This document shows positions 10,970 to 20,942 of a stretch of 64,000 bases of DNA, in pieces. The position numbers and the translations under genes were made by a program. Source of the stretch: Gammaproteobacteria bacterium (GTDB taxonomy: Bacteria > Pseudomonadota > Gammaproteobacteria > UBA4575). The stretch is taken from contig OZ243969.1 of assembly GCA_965214675.1 (NCBI GenBank), positions 1,797,511 to 1,861,510 on the forward strand, in the 5' to 3' direction. The number at the start of each line of letters is the position of its first letter. The stretch's first letter is position 1. The notes under the pieces were generated by a model. It was not told where the DNA came from, made no database searches, and worked only from the letters and a program-made list of their open reading frames with translations.

Positions 10970-12073
10970 ATGTTGAAATACAAAGGCCAAAAGGATTATG
11001 TGCACGGAGACGATACCTGCCTTGGCGTAATGATTGTAAATCTGGGAACACCCGATGCGCCGACAATCCGAGCAATTCGAAAATTTCTTGCAGAGTTTTT
11101 GTGGGATCCAAGGGTTGTCGAATTGCCAAGGGCCTTGTGGTGGTTGATCTTGCATTTGGCGGTACTGCAGTTGCGGCCTCGCAAAAAAGTCGAGTCTTAT
11201 GCCAAAATCTGGACCGAAGAAGGTTCGCCGCTTCTGGTAATTGGCAAAAAACAGGAATCCGCATTACAGGCCGCCTTGGAAGGGACTTGTGTGGGCAGGG
11301 TAAGGGTTGTTCTCGCGATGCGATATGGGGAGCCCTCGATAACATCTGCATTGCGGGTTCTGCAGGAAAACAATGCACGTCGAATCCTGGTGCTTCCCAT
11401 GTACCCGCAGTATTCTGCCAGTACGACAGCTTCTACATTTGATGGGTTGGCAAAGGAACTGGAAGGATTAAGATGGATTCCGGAAATACGCATGGTCAAC
11501 TGTTATGGCGCAGAACCTGAGTACATTGATGCCTGTGCTGATCGCATTCGTTCGTATTGGGAGCATCATCCGCGCAGCCAGAAGCTGTTGTTTTCTTTTC
11601 ACGGACTGCCGAAGCGGAGCCTTGTGCAGGGGGACCCATATCACTGTGAATGTCAGCAAACCGCACGGTTGATCGCAGAACAACTTGATTTAAAACCCGA
11701 AGAATGGGTACTTACCTTCCAATCACGATTCGGTATGGCCGAATGGCTGCAACCCTATACTGATAAAACCCTTAAAACGCTACCTTCTAAAGGAATCGAG
11801 TCAGTCGATGTGTTTTGCCCGGGATTTTCAGCGGACTGTATCGAGACCCTCGAAGAAATCGATATTCAGAATCATGAGATATTTTTGCAAAGTGGAGGAA
11901 AGTCATTCAATTACATCCCAGCCCTGAATGACACACCTGCTCACATCCAGGCCCTTACACAGATTATCTCCAGGCATATACAGGGATGGCCGGAATGTAC
12001 ACGGAGCCCTAGAACCCCCGAAGAGCGGGAAACCATTCGGCAACGTGCACAGCAGTTAGGCGCTAAACACTAG
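10970..12073 (+). CDS. hemH: ferrochelatase
   Basis: VNLGTP, LAMRYGEP, PMYPQYSAST, FSFHGLP, FQSRFG..EWLQPYT, ADCIETLEEI. Confidence 0.96.
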   Translation: MLKYKGQKDYVHGDDTCLGVMIVNLGTPDAPTIRAIRKFLAEFLWDPRVVELPRALWWLILHLAVLQLRPRKKVESYAKIWTEEGSPLLVIGKKQESALQAALEGTCVGRVRVVLAMRYGEPSITSALRVLQENNARRILVLPMYPQYSASTTASTFDGLAKELEGLRWIPEIRMVNCYGAEPEYIDACADRIRSYWEHHPRSQKLLFSFHGLPKRSLVQGDPYHCECQQTARLIAEQLDLKPEEWVLTFQSRFGMAEWLQPYTDKTLKTLPSKGIESVDVFCPGFSADCIETLEEIDIQNHEIFLQSGGKSFNYIPALNDTPAHIQALTQIISRHIQGWPECTRSPRTPEERETIRQRAQQLGAKH

Positions 12074-12093
12074 AGATATGCGCTGATAGATCA

Positions 12094-12975
12094 TCACTTG
12101 AGTTCACTGAGCACTTGCCGGCAAATGTTCTCAGCCTGCCGGGCATAATTGCCTCCAAACAAATTAAAGTGGTTCAGGACGTGATAAAGATTGTAGAAAT
12201 CCTTGCGCACCTGGTAGCCGTTGTCCAGCGGATAGGACTCTGCATAGGCACTATAAAATTCCCGGCTGAACCCTCCGAATAGCTCGGTCATGGCGAGATC
12301 GGTTTCCCGGTCTCCGTAGTAGCATGCCGGATCAAATACTACTGGGCGTGCATTCTTATCAAAGCTGAAATTTCCTGACCAGAGATCACCATGCAGCAAG
12401 CTGGGTCTGGGCAAGTGGCTTTCAAACAGCCTATCCATATCTCCTAAAAGACAATCACCTTGTTCAAGTAATTCGCGGGGTGCACAGTTGTGTTTTGCCA
12501 GGTTCAGTTGATAGGCAAGGCGTCCATGGCGCCAGAATGAAACCCAGTCGGTGTTCTTCGTGTTTGGCTGTGGGGTTGTACCGATCCAGTTATCCTCAAA
12601 CCAGCCATAGTAGCTTTCTGTATGCTGATGCAGCTGGGCGAGCAACCTGCCCAATGTTTCATCTGACCCAGCAGGTTGGAGTTCCAGAAATTCAAGCAGC
12701 AGATAACAGTACGTGCCGGTTTGTCCATGGGCAACGGGTAATGGGACACGCAAGGTTCTTGTCTCAGCCAGCGCCCTCAGGTTCTGCGCTTCACCTTGCA
12801 GCATGGCGTGCATGCCCGGATGATGGACTTTCAGAAAATAGGTCTTTGTTTTGCACTCAACCTTGAAGGTCTCGCAAATGTCACCGCCAGCAACCGAAGT
12901 GATACTTTCGATGTGCAGGGGTTCTGCAAGCTTGTGGTTCAGTTGATCTTCTAGTACCTGGACATTGATGCGCAT
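12094..12975 (-). CDS. fructosamine kinase family protein
   Basis: VAGGDI, YFLK, DNWIGTTPQPN, LLHGDLWSGN, FDPACYYGDRETDLAMTELFGGF. Confidence 0.9.
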   Translation of the reverse strand: MRINVQVLEDQLNHKLAEPLHIESITSVAGGDICETFKVECKTKTYFLKVHHPGMHAMLQGEAQNLRALAETRTLRVPLPVAHGQTGTYCYLLLEFLELQPAGSDETLGRLLAQLHQHTESYYGWFEDNWIGTTPQPNTKNTDWVSFWRHGRLAYQLNLAKHNCAPRELLEQGDCLLGDMDRLFESHLPRPSLLHGDLWSGNFSFDKNARPVVFDPACYYGDRETDLAMTELFGGFSREFYSAYAESYPLDNGYQVRKDFYNLYHVLNHFNLFGGNYARQAENICRQVLSELK

Positions 12976-12987
12976 GGCCGTATCGTT

Positions 12988-13890
12988 TCAGGCTTCAAGT
13001 ACACTTAACCAGCGCTCCCGTCGATATTTGCTGAACCCGAATTTATCGAACAACTTGTCGAGAGCCGGGAAATCGGGAGGGGTTCGTTCCAGGCTGATAT
13101 CTTCAGAAAAATCGATATCACAATATATGGTCGTCAACTTTTTGTATAAAAGAAGTTGTTCCTGATGACGCTCAATCAATCCCTGGATACGCTTGGCGCC
13201 ACGGATGTTCATTGAGCTGATTTTTGCGCAGTTGCTGAGGAGTTCTTCGAGGCTGGAAAACTGATTCAACAGCTTTGCTGCCGTGGCCATACCAATGCCA
13301 GGGGCGCCTTCAATGTTGTCCGTCTTATCCCCTGCGATAGCAAGCTGATCTGCGATTTGGCTGGGATAGACGCCGAACTGTTTTTTGATTTGGGGGATAG
13401 AGTTGCGCAGGCCCTTGGCAAAATTCCACAGAATATCGTTTTCAAAAATAAGCTGTGCCAAGTCCTTGTCCGAGGTCAAGATGGTAATCGGGTGTCCGCG
13501 CTCACGCATTCGCCGGGCCAGTGTGCCTATGATGTCGTCCGCTTCATATTGAGGTTGTGCAGTTTCAAACAGGCCCGATGCCTGTAATAATTCACGACAG
13601 TAGGCAAACTGCCGCTTGAGTTCTTTGGGTGCAGGTTCGCGGTTCGCCTTGTATTCAGGATACAGCCGATTGCGAAAGGAGGTGCTGAGACTCTCATCAA
13701 AAGCGAAGGCAACATGTCTGGCTTGTGTTTGTCTTAGAAACTGGTAAACGAAGTCGGCGAAGCCATATACGGCGTTGACCGGTTCATTATCCGGATTCAC
13801 GACATGGTCTGGTACGGTAAACCAGGCGCGAAACACGTAGATACTCGAGTCAATCAAGTAGACCTTGTCATGTGTCATTTGAGGTGCCAA
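12988..13890 (-). CDS. stand-alone 5'-3' exonuclease / flap endonuclease (ExoIX-like)
   Basis: LIDSS.Y.FRA, AFD, YPEYKANR, EADDIIGT, SDKDL, GDKTDNIEGAPGIG. Confidence 0.88.
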   Translation of the reverse strand: MAPQMTHDKVYLIDSSIYVFRAWFTVPDHVVNPDNEPVNAVYGFADFVYQFLRQTQARHVAFAFDESLSTSFRNRLYPEYKANREPAPKELKRQFAYCRELLQASGLFETAQPQYEADDIIGTLARRMRERGHPITILTSDKDLAQLIFENDILWNFAKGLRNSIPQIKKQFGVYPSQIADQLAIAGDKTDNIEGAPGIGMATAAKLLNQFSSLEELLSNCAKISSMNIRGAKRIQGLIERHQEQLLLYKKLTTIYCDIDFSEDISLERTPPDFPALDKLFDKFGFSKYRRERWLSVLEA

Positions 13891-13928
13891 AAAAATTCAG
13901 CCGGTGTGGACCAGTATATACAACGTAT

Positions 13929-15380
13929 TCAGCGGACTAATTTGATCCATTGGCTAGGTTCGGGTTCACCCTCTGGAAACATGCCATTCAGCAAACGCAA
14001 TTGTTCCACGGGGTGATTCGTAAGGGTTGATTGATCTGCCAGGGACGCAAATGTATCTCCTGGCTTTGCGCGAACAAGCCGGATTCGCTGAGGTTCGGCA
14101 AGCTTTCTTTCTGAACCTTTGAGGTTTCGCATGCTGTTGACAGTACGTAACACTGCACTATCGTGGCGGTCCAGGGCACTTTGGTTTTTGCCTATGGCTG
14201 CAATTGTGTAGATGCGTGTATCCTGAAAAAGAACTGCAACACGTCCTGGTCGGGCGGTGCCTTTCACGTTTAAAGAAGTACGTCCGGTATAGCCTGTAAA
14301 GTCCGCGGTCTGTATGTCTTTACCTTGCCTGAGCCGCCCCTGAGTTCGCTGCACCAGATATTCCCTTGGCGTCAGGTATCTGTTCAGGTCCTCAACTGTG
14401 ATTTGCAACTGCAGTTCCCGGTTTGCCGGTCCTGCCGCCAGGCGGTCTGGCCGGTTGTCTACTTTCCAGCCTTCGGGAAACACGATTACGAGGTCCAGGT
14501 CGCCATGATAGAACTTGTGACCACGCAACACACCATCGCTGGCTGAGGGACCTACTGGGAGCCCATCGATGAAGCCTAAGAATTCATCACGATTGACCTT
14601 GCGAGCGACCGGTGACTTGAATTTGTTTGCAGCCTGTACCACTTCCTTGAAACGCGTGTCGTTATCAGGATGTGTTGAAAATACACCATGATAGATGTTG
14701 GGCTCACGCCCCTCCTGTTTTGCCAGCTTCCTTTCAAACTCTTCTTGAGATTTCAGGATACCGACAACACTGAGCATCTCTTTGGGATCATAGCCAACTC
14801 GGGCAAGATACTCAGCGCCAAGCCGATCGGCTTCCAACTCGTGCTTGCGTCCATAGCCACGGATCAATGCCATGCTACCGATGCCTGCAGCCTGTGAGGC
14901 CACCTGACTTCCTGTCAAGACTTCAATACCTTTGCCCAGCAAATCAGCCACAGCCCCCGTACTTTGTTGCTGAACACCATGGCGTGCCGTGACATGTCCT
15001 ATCTCATGACCGAGAACGCCTGCCAATTCAGCCTCGGTATTCATGTACGCCATGATTCCACGCGTAATGTAGATATAGCCTCCGGGCAGAGCGAATGCAT
15101 TAATCTCGGGGCTGTCTAGAACGGTCACATGGAAAACCAGGTCCTTGCGGTGGCTCTGTTGCGATAAATCCCTAACGATCCCTGCGACATAGTTCTGCAA
15201 TTCAGGATCGTTGTAAGGGCGATACTGGCGCATGAGATCCTGATGCGCCCGCTTGCCCAGGCTGATCTCTTGGTCTTCCGTCATCAGGACCAAGTCCTGC
15301 TTGCCTGTAACGGGGTTGGTAGCGCACCCTGAAAGGAGTAGTCCTCCAGCAAGGATCAGGTACGTTATAAAAGCTTTCAT
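13929..15380 (-). CDS. M48 family metalloprotease lipoprotein with C-terminal LysM-like region
   Basis: Lipobox LSGC, NAFALPGG, HEIGH, E.EAD, STHP; C-terminal GDTFASLA...LRLLNG. Confidence 0.88.
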   Translation of the reverse strand: MKAFITYLILAGGLLLSGCATNPVTGKQDLVLMTEDQEISLGKRAHQDLMRQYRPYNDPELQNYVAGIVRDLSQQSHRKDLVFHVTVLDSPEINAFALPGGYIYITRGIMAYMNTEAELAGVLGHEIGHVTARHGVQQQSTGAVADLLGKGIEVLTGSQVASQAAGIGSMALIRGYGRKHELEADRLGAEYLARVGYDPKEMLSVVGILKSQEEFERKLAKQEGREPNIYHGVFSTHPDNDTRFKEVVQAANKFKSPVARKVNRDEFLGFIDGLPVGPSASDGVLRGHKFYHGDLDLVIVFPEGWKVDNRPDRLAAGPANRELQLQITVEDLNRYLTPREYLVQRTQGRLRQGKDIQTADFTGYTGRTSLNVKGTARPGRVAVLFQDTRIYTIAAIGKNQSALDRHDSAVLRTVNSMRNLKGSERKLAEPQRIRLVRAKPGDTFASLADQSTLTNHPVEQLRLLNGMFPEGEPEPSQWIKLVR

Positions 15381-15602
15381 GCACCGAATCACGGGCTCTT
15401 TGGGATGACGGTCGACCCGGAGAAGGGTTTCGCAAATTTCAGGCATCGATGTTACTTACCTGGTCCTGGGCAGGTGAGAGGAGAAGGAAGACTGTGCGCA
15501 CTCTGACGGATTTGAAGAGCAGAGGGTTGTGTGCGCTCGAATTAATTGCGAAAAATCCTTGAGATTTTCAAAAGTTGCATCGTACTGATACTTTGGGGAG
15601 CT

Positions 15603-15812
15603 TCAGCTTTTTTGACCATAACGCTTTCTGAACTTATCCACCTGGCCAGCCGTGTCAACAATTTTCTGCTTGCCTGTGAAAAAGGGATGGCATACCGAGC
15701 ATACGTCAATATGGAGGGACTCGGCACCATAGGTTGAGCGCGTAGTAAAGCGGTTTCCACAACTGCAAATTACCTCGACTTCTTGATAATCAGGATGGAT
15801 ATTGGCTTTCAT
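15603..15812 (-). CDS. rpmE: 50S ribosomal protein L31 (Zn-binding form)
   Basis: [26 protein letters not shown]. Confidence 0.97.
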   Translation of the reverse strand: MKANIHPDYQEVEVICSCGNRFTTRSTYGAESLHIDVCSVCHPFFTGKQKIVDTAGQVDKFRKRYGQKS

Positions 15813-15964
15813 GATCTTGACGTCTCCTGCAAAGTGGCATGGAGCATACTGAACCCCAACCTGCAACTCAAGTGCTGTATCCGGGGAATTCAAGTTAGCT
15901 GATTCCCTTAAAGTACTTTTAACCATTTTTACTTAACTGATTGTCCATATGAGGGTTTACCGCG

Positions 15965-16175
15965 TAATCCACAAATTTTGTGGATAAGACTGTGGACAAT
16001 TCTCAAACATGGCCACAAATCCCGAGGAATATGACAATTTTGTTAGACTGACTAAATAACGTACTATATTTTAACTGAATGATTTTATTGAATAATTTAT
16101 GAACTGGCTGATGAATGAAAGAAACTTTAACGTGAAAGTCGACAGAATTCAGCATTAAATTACAGTTGTGTATAA
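15965..16175. promoter_or_regulatory. DnaA-box cluster with IHF-like site (DARS2-like)
   Basis: TAATCCACA-5nt-TGTGGATAA-3nt-TGTGGACAA at 15965-15999; IHF-like TAACTGAATGATT at 16072-16084; TGTGTATAA at 16167-16175. Confidence 0.65.
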
Positions 16176-16377
16176 CTTTGTGCCTGAAGCCGCACAAATA
16201 CAGTAATTTACGACCCGCCTGCACTGCCTGGAGGATTGGCAGGTCTGATCCTGTATCTACCGATTTCAGAGGATTTTCCAAGAAAGAACCCCCAGGAACG
16301 AAATCCTTGTCCAGGGATGCCGTACCGAGTGAACCCGTCACGTTTGGGCGCAAAATTAGGCAAATTCATCGCAGGAG

Positions 16378-17559
16378 TCAGTGTCTTGCCGATGCCTCAG
16401 GAAGCAGACGTACCAGAATATTGTCCAGATACCGGTACCCCGTACTGCTGCAGTGCAGGCCATGGTCCAGCCTGACCAGCAGGCCCTCTTCGATCAGGCC
16501 CTGCAGTTTCGGCATCAGCATGGTGTAGGTGAGGCCTGTAGTATGTTCAAACTGTTGCCAAGTGAAACCGGCCTTCAGGCGCAGGGCATTCAACAAAAAC
16601 TCGAAAACCAACTCATCGTGACTCAGATGATTGCTGATGGGTCTGGCTGAGGGGCTATTGAGCATCTGTTCCATGTACTGTATCGGGTTTTTTGGTTTCT
16701 CACTGCGGAAAATGCCGGTTTTTTCAAAACTGATTTTTTGATGTGCACCGGCACCGATGCCGAGATAGTCACCAAATTCCCAGTAATTCATGTTGTGTAT
16801 GCACCTGAACCGATCTTTCGCATACGCGGAGACCTCGTATTGTTGCCAGCCATGCCGGTCAAGCAAGTCCATCCCCTGTTGCTGGATGGCCCATCCAAGT
16901 TCGCTGTCCGGTAACTCTGGAGGGTGGCGGTAAAAGCGGGTGTTCGGTTCCAGGGTAAGTTGATAATAGGAAATATGGGAAGGTTCCAGGTCAATCGCCT
17001 GCTCAACATCCGCACAGGCCTGTGTCTGGGTTTGGCCAGGCAAGGCATACATCAAGTCAATATTGATATTTTCGAAGTCTGCCAGTTTTGCAGCTAGCAC
17101 TGCCTGTTTCGCTGCGCTTGCATCGTGAATACGCCCGAGTGCATGAAGCAGGGCGTCATCAAAGCTTTGAACACCAATCGAGATACGGTTGACTCCAGCG
17201 CTTCGGAAACCGGCGAAATTTTGCTGATCTAAGGTGCCCGGGTTTGCTTCAATAGTAATTTCTGCATCATTTTCGAGGATTGTTTCACGCGCAACGCACT
17301 CGAGTAATCGTCCAATGCTGCTGGCCGAGAACAGACTCGGTGTGCCTCCGCCTATATACACACTGCTAATTTTCCGCCCGCTAACGGCATCTGCATGTTG
17401 TTTTAAGTCGGCGATCAGTGCATCGACATAGCGGATTTCAGGCAGGGAGGAACGTGTTTCATGCGAATTGAAATCACAGTATGGACACTTCCTTGTACAC
17501 CAGGGGATATGGATGTAGAGGGACAGCGGTATTTCAATTGCGGGCATGTTGATGGGCAT
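16378..17559 (-). CDS. hemW: radical SAM haem chaperone
   Basis: LYIHIPWCTRKCPYCDFN, GGGTPS, EANPG, YLGIGAGAH; follows rdgB. Start is approximate. Confidence 0.93.
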   Translation of the reverse strand: MPINMPAIEIPLSLYIHIPWCTRKCPYCDFNSHETRSSLPEIRYVDALIADLKQHADAVSGRKISSVYIGGGTPSLFSASSIGRLLECVARETILENDAEITIEANPGTLDQQNFAGFRSAGVNRISIGVQSFDDALLHALGRIHDASAAKQAVLAAKLADFENINIDLMYALPGQTQTQACADVEQAIDLEPSHISYYQLTLEPNTRFYRHPPELPDSELGWAIQQQGMDLLDRHGWQQYEVSAYAKDRFRCIHNMNYWEFGDYLGIGAGAHQKISFEKTGIFRSEKPKNPIQYMEQMLNSPSARPISNHLSHDELVFEFLLNALRLKAGFTWQQFEHTTGLTYTMLMPKLQGLIEEGLLVRLDHGLHCSSTGYRYLDNILVRLLPEASARH

Positions 17560-17575
17560 GGATACCACAGCTAAT

Positions 17576-18166
17576 TCAGCTTAGCGCACGCATCAGTTTC
17601 TGCAGGGCCTGGGCGCGATGGCTGATACGATTTTTTTCGGCAGGATCCAGTTGTGCAGAAGAGCAACCGTGGGTCGGAATATAAAACAGGGGGTCATAAC
17701 CAAACCCGTTATCTCCCGTGAGATCGTGCAAAATTCGACCTTCCCATGTGCCTTGGCACAGGATGGGCATGGGGTCTTGTGCGTGACGCATATATACAAT
17801 GACACAATGAAAGCGGGCAGTACGCTTAGGTTCTGGTACTTCTTGAAGTGCGCTTAGCAGTTTCTCGTTGTTTGCTGCAGCGCAGGCCTGTTCGCCGGCA
17901 TAACGCGCACTGTAGATACCTGGTGCACCTTGCAAAGCATCAACTTCAATGCCTGAATCATCTGCCAATGCGCTAAGCCCGCTGTGTAGCGCGGCATGGC
18001 GCGCCTTGATCAGCGCATTTTCCACAAAGGTCGTGCCGGTTTCGGCGACTTCCCCGATTTGCAGCTCAGACTGTGCGATGAGGTGGTATCGCTGCTTGTC
18101 CACAACGGCCTGAATTTCTCTCAGCTTGCCGGCATTGTTGCTGGCCAGTACAATTTTTTTAGCCAT
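17576..18166 (-). CDS. rdgB: non-canonical purine NTP pyrophosphatase
   Basis: LASNNAGK, ADDSG, PGIYSARY, GFGYDP, KNRISHR. Confidence 0.96.
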   Translation of the reverse strand: MAKKIVLASNNAGKLREIQAVVDKQRYHLIAQSELQIGEVAETGTTFVENALIKARHAALHSGLSALADDSGIEVDALQGAPGIYSARYAGEQACAAANNEKLLSALQEVPEPKRTARFHCVIVYMRHAQDPMPILCQGTWEGRILHDLTGDNGFGYDPLFYIPTHGCSSAQLDPAEKNRISHRAQALQKLMRALS

Positions 18167-18895
18167 CTACATTCCCAGGCAGTTTTTTTGGTATTGAATG
18201 ATTTCCTGGATGCCCTGGCCGGCAAGATCCAGTAGTGTTTCCAGTTCCTCCCGGGTAAAGGTATGTGCTTCAGCGGTACCCTGTATTTCTATGAATGATT
18301 GTGCATCGGTCATCACAATGTTCATGTCGGAATGTGCAGCACTGTCTTCTGCATAATCGAGATCAAGTACAGGGACATGATTGGAAATACCGACCGATAC
18401 AGCGGCCACGAAATGGCGTACCGGAATTTCAGGAATCTTGCCTGCATCGGCCAGTTGCATGAGAGCCATGAACAAGGCAACAAATCCACCCGAGATCGAG
18501 GCAGTACGTGTGCCTCCATCAGCTTGAATGACGTCACAGTCGACGGTGATGGTGTAGCCATCCAATCCGTGCAGGTCAACACCTGCTCTCAAGGAGCGCC
18601 CAATCAGCCGCTGGATTTCCAGGGTGCGCCCGCCTTGCCTGCCACGCGCAGCTTCTCTAGGCATGCGACTGGTGGTGGAGCGCGGCAACATGCCATATTC
18701 TGCTGTTATCCAGCCTTGGGCTTTGCCTTTTAGGAATTTTGGTACTTGGTCTGTAGTCGTTGCCGTGCAAATAACCCGGGTATCTCCAAATTCTGCCAAT
18801 ACGGAACCTTCAGCATGTCGGGTATAGTTGCGTGTGAACCGAATTTCACGCAGTTGAGAGGGATTACGGCCGCTGGGTCTGTTTGCTGGAGTCAT
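18167..18895 (-). CDS. rph: ribonuclease PH
   Basis: [45 protein letters not shown]. Confidence 0.97.
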   Translation of the reverse strand: MTPANRPSGRNPSQLREIRFTRNYTRHAEGSVLAEFGDTRVICTATTTDQVPKFLKGKAQGWITAEYGMLPRSTTSRMPREAARGRQGGRTLEIQRLIGRSLRAGVDLHGLDGYTITVDCDVIQADGGTRTASISGGFVALFMALMQLADAGKIPEIPVRHFVAAVSVGISNHVPVLDLDYAEDSAAHSDMNIVMTDAQSFIEIQGTAEAHTFTREELETLLDLAGQGIQEIIQYQKNCLGM

Positions 18896-18993
18896 AAGTC
18901 AACCTAGGAAGGGGAAAAAATGCGTATTATACGGGAAAAGTATGCCTGCTCAGGTGCAGGTACTGGCTGAACCAGGAGAAAAAGGATCCACCC

Positions 18994-19860
18994 ATGCTCT
19001 GCAGTATGACAGGATTTGCACGCGTAGAGGATACCTGTGAACAGGGTAATTTGTGCTGGGAAGCGCGCTCAGTCAATCACCGGTATCTTGACATCAGTTT
19101 CCGTATGCCAGAAGAGGTCCGCAGTCTGGAGGTACAACTGCGCAACCATCTCAAGAGTCGGCTTGCACGGGGGAAAATTGACTGTGCATTTCGTTACCGG
19201 ATGACAGAAACGCAAACAGCGGAACTGGAGTTGAATGAGCCTTTACTGGGTAGTCTTCTACAACAAATTCGCAGCGTGAATGAAAGGTTGCCTGTATCCG
19301 CACCTGTGGCACCCACAGATATTCTGGCCTGGCCCGGTATGATACAGGCGGTTGAGAGGGATCGGGAAAGTTTTCATGCCGCCTGTTTCAACTTGTTTGA
19401 GAAGGCGGTCGAGCAGCTTTCCGATATGCGTGCGGCTGAAGGACAACGCATTGAAAAGGTATTGCGAGATAAATGTGGTGATGTGAGAGCCATTGTCAGA
19501 AGTGTACGTACGCGGCATCCGCAGGTAGTGACTGCGATACGGGAAAAGCTTCAGCAACGCATTGAGGAGTTGATGGAGGCTGTAGACCAGACACGTTTCG
19601 AGCAGGAACTTGTCTATCTTGTACAGAAGATGGATATTATGGAGGAGCTGGATCGCCTGGACAGCCATCTGGACGAAATGGCTTCAGTTCTTGCAGGCGC
19701 AGAGGCTAGCGGACGTCGCCTGGACTTTCTAATGCAGGAATTTCATCGTGAGGCAAATACATTGGGAGCAAAATCTGCAGATGTGGAAACCTCCCAAGCT
19801 TCTATCGACCTGAAGGTCTTGATCGAGCAGATGCGTGAACAGGTTCAAAATGTGGAATAA
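18994..19860 (+). CDS. yicC: YicC/YloC family endoribonuclease
   Basis: SMTGFAR, SVNHRYLD, EELDRL.SH, GRRLDFL.QE..REANT, EQMREQVQNVE; divergent from rph. Confidence 0.95.
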   Translation: MLCSMTGFARVEDTCEQGNLCWEARSVNHRYLDISFRMPEEVRSLEVQLRNHLKSRLARGKIDCAFRYRMTETQTAELELNEPLLGSLLQQIRSVNERLPVSAPVAPTDILAWPGMIQAVERDRESFHAACFNLFEKAVEQLSDMRAAEGQRIEKVLRDKCGDVRAIVRSVRTRHPQVVTAIREKLQQRIEELMEAVDQTRFEQELVYLVQKMDIMEELDRLDSHLDEMASVLAGAEASGRRLDFLMQEFHREANTLGAKSADVETSQASIDLKVLIEQMREQVQNVE

Positions 19861-19879
19861 ACTGTGAGTATCCCAGCCG

Positions 19880-20401
19880 ATGACAAATGACGTTCACTCC
19901 AATAGGCATCAGGTAAAGATTTTCTGCACTGGCGGAACCCTGGACAAAGTGTATTTCGATGCCCTGAGCGAGTACCAGATTGGCGATCCCGTAGTATGCG
20001 ATATTCTCAAAGAAGCTCGGGCGAGATTCCCACACGAGGTACGGTCCATCCTGAGAAAGGACAGCCTGGAGATTACTGCAGAAGACCGACAGCAGATTGT
20101 AGAGCATGTCAAAGCGGAAGACTGTACACGCATCTTGATTACCCATGGTACGGATACCATGGTAGAAACCGCACAATGCCTGCAGCAAGTCCCTGGCAAA
20201 ACGATTGTACTGACTGGAGCCATGCAACCTGCGCGGTTTCGCAATACAGATGCCATTTTTAATATTGGCTACGCGATTGCCGCAGCCCAGCACCTTCCTC
20301 ACGGTGTTTATCTGGCGATGAACGGGCAGCTTTTCACCCCCGAATCAGTACAGAAGAACCGCGAGGCAGGGCAATTCGAGCAGATACAGGACTTCAAATA
20401 A
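19880..20401 (+). CDS. short asparaginase-domain protein
   Basis: TGGTLDK, ITHGTDTM, LTGAMQPA, AMNG. Confidence 0.88.
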   Translation: MTNDVHSNRHQVKIFCTGGTLDKVYFDALSEYQIGDPVVCDILKEARARFPHEVRSILRKDSLEITAEDRQQIVEHVKAEDCTRILITHGTDTMVETAQCLQQVPGKTIVLTGAMQPARFRNTDAIFNIGYAIAAAQHLPHGVYLAMNGQLFTPESVQKNREAGQFEQIQDFK

Positions 20402-20403
20402 AC

Positions 20404-20882
20404 GTCGTTTCCAGGGTTTGAAAAAATATGTTCGCTTGCAAAATGGGCGTAATCTAGATTTGAAACTTCCTCCAGGAGTCACTTCGGGGGCAACGGATAC
20501 GGCTTGCAGATCAGGGTGGGACAAGAAGCCGGGGAGGCCACAGAGGAGACCTATATTTTGAGGTCGCGATTCAACCGCACAGGCTATACAAGTTGGATGG
20601 CCGGGATATCTTGCTGGATTTGCCCATTTGCCCATGGGAGCTGCATCAGATGCGCACGTGCGGGTGTCTGCGCTTGGTGGGCGTGTACAAAGACGTATAC
20701 CCATCGGCTCCAAGTCAGGTAACAGGTTGCGGCTGCATAAACGCGGCTTGCCCGGGTCTCCTGTAGGTAATCATATTGTCACGTTGCAAATTGTCACACC
20801 TGAACCCAAATCCGAGCCGGACCGGGAATATTAGTGCGAGATGGCAAGGTATTTTAAATTCAGGCCCCGAGAATACTTTTGA
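20404..20882 (+). pseudogene. DnaJ C-terminal domain (cbpA-like) remnant
   Basis: Joining frames gives LKLPPGVTSG/QRIRL..QG...GDLYFEV..QPHRLY.LDGRD..LDLPICPWE/AAS.A.V.VSALGG.V...IP.GS.SG.RLRL..RGLP...FRPR. Two frameshifts (about 20485 and 20638), premature TAG at 20832, no J domain. Confidence 0.8.
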
Positions 20883-20942
20883 CCACGTTTGCTCGTATAA
20901 TCGTGGTCGGTCGAAATTCTAAGACAAAATAGTTCAATTATT

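Noticed and set aside
15965-16175. oriC
   Set aside because: No dnaA/gidA context, few boxes and no GATC-rich unwinding repeats; the layout fits a DARS/datA-type site better.
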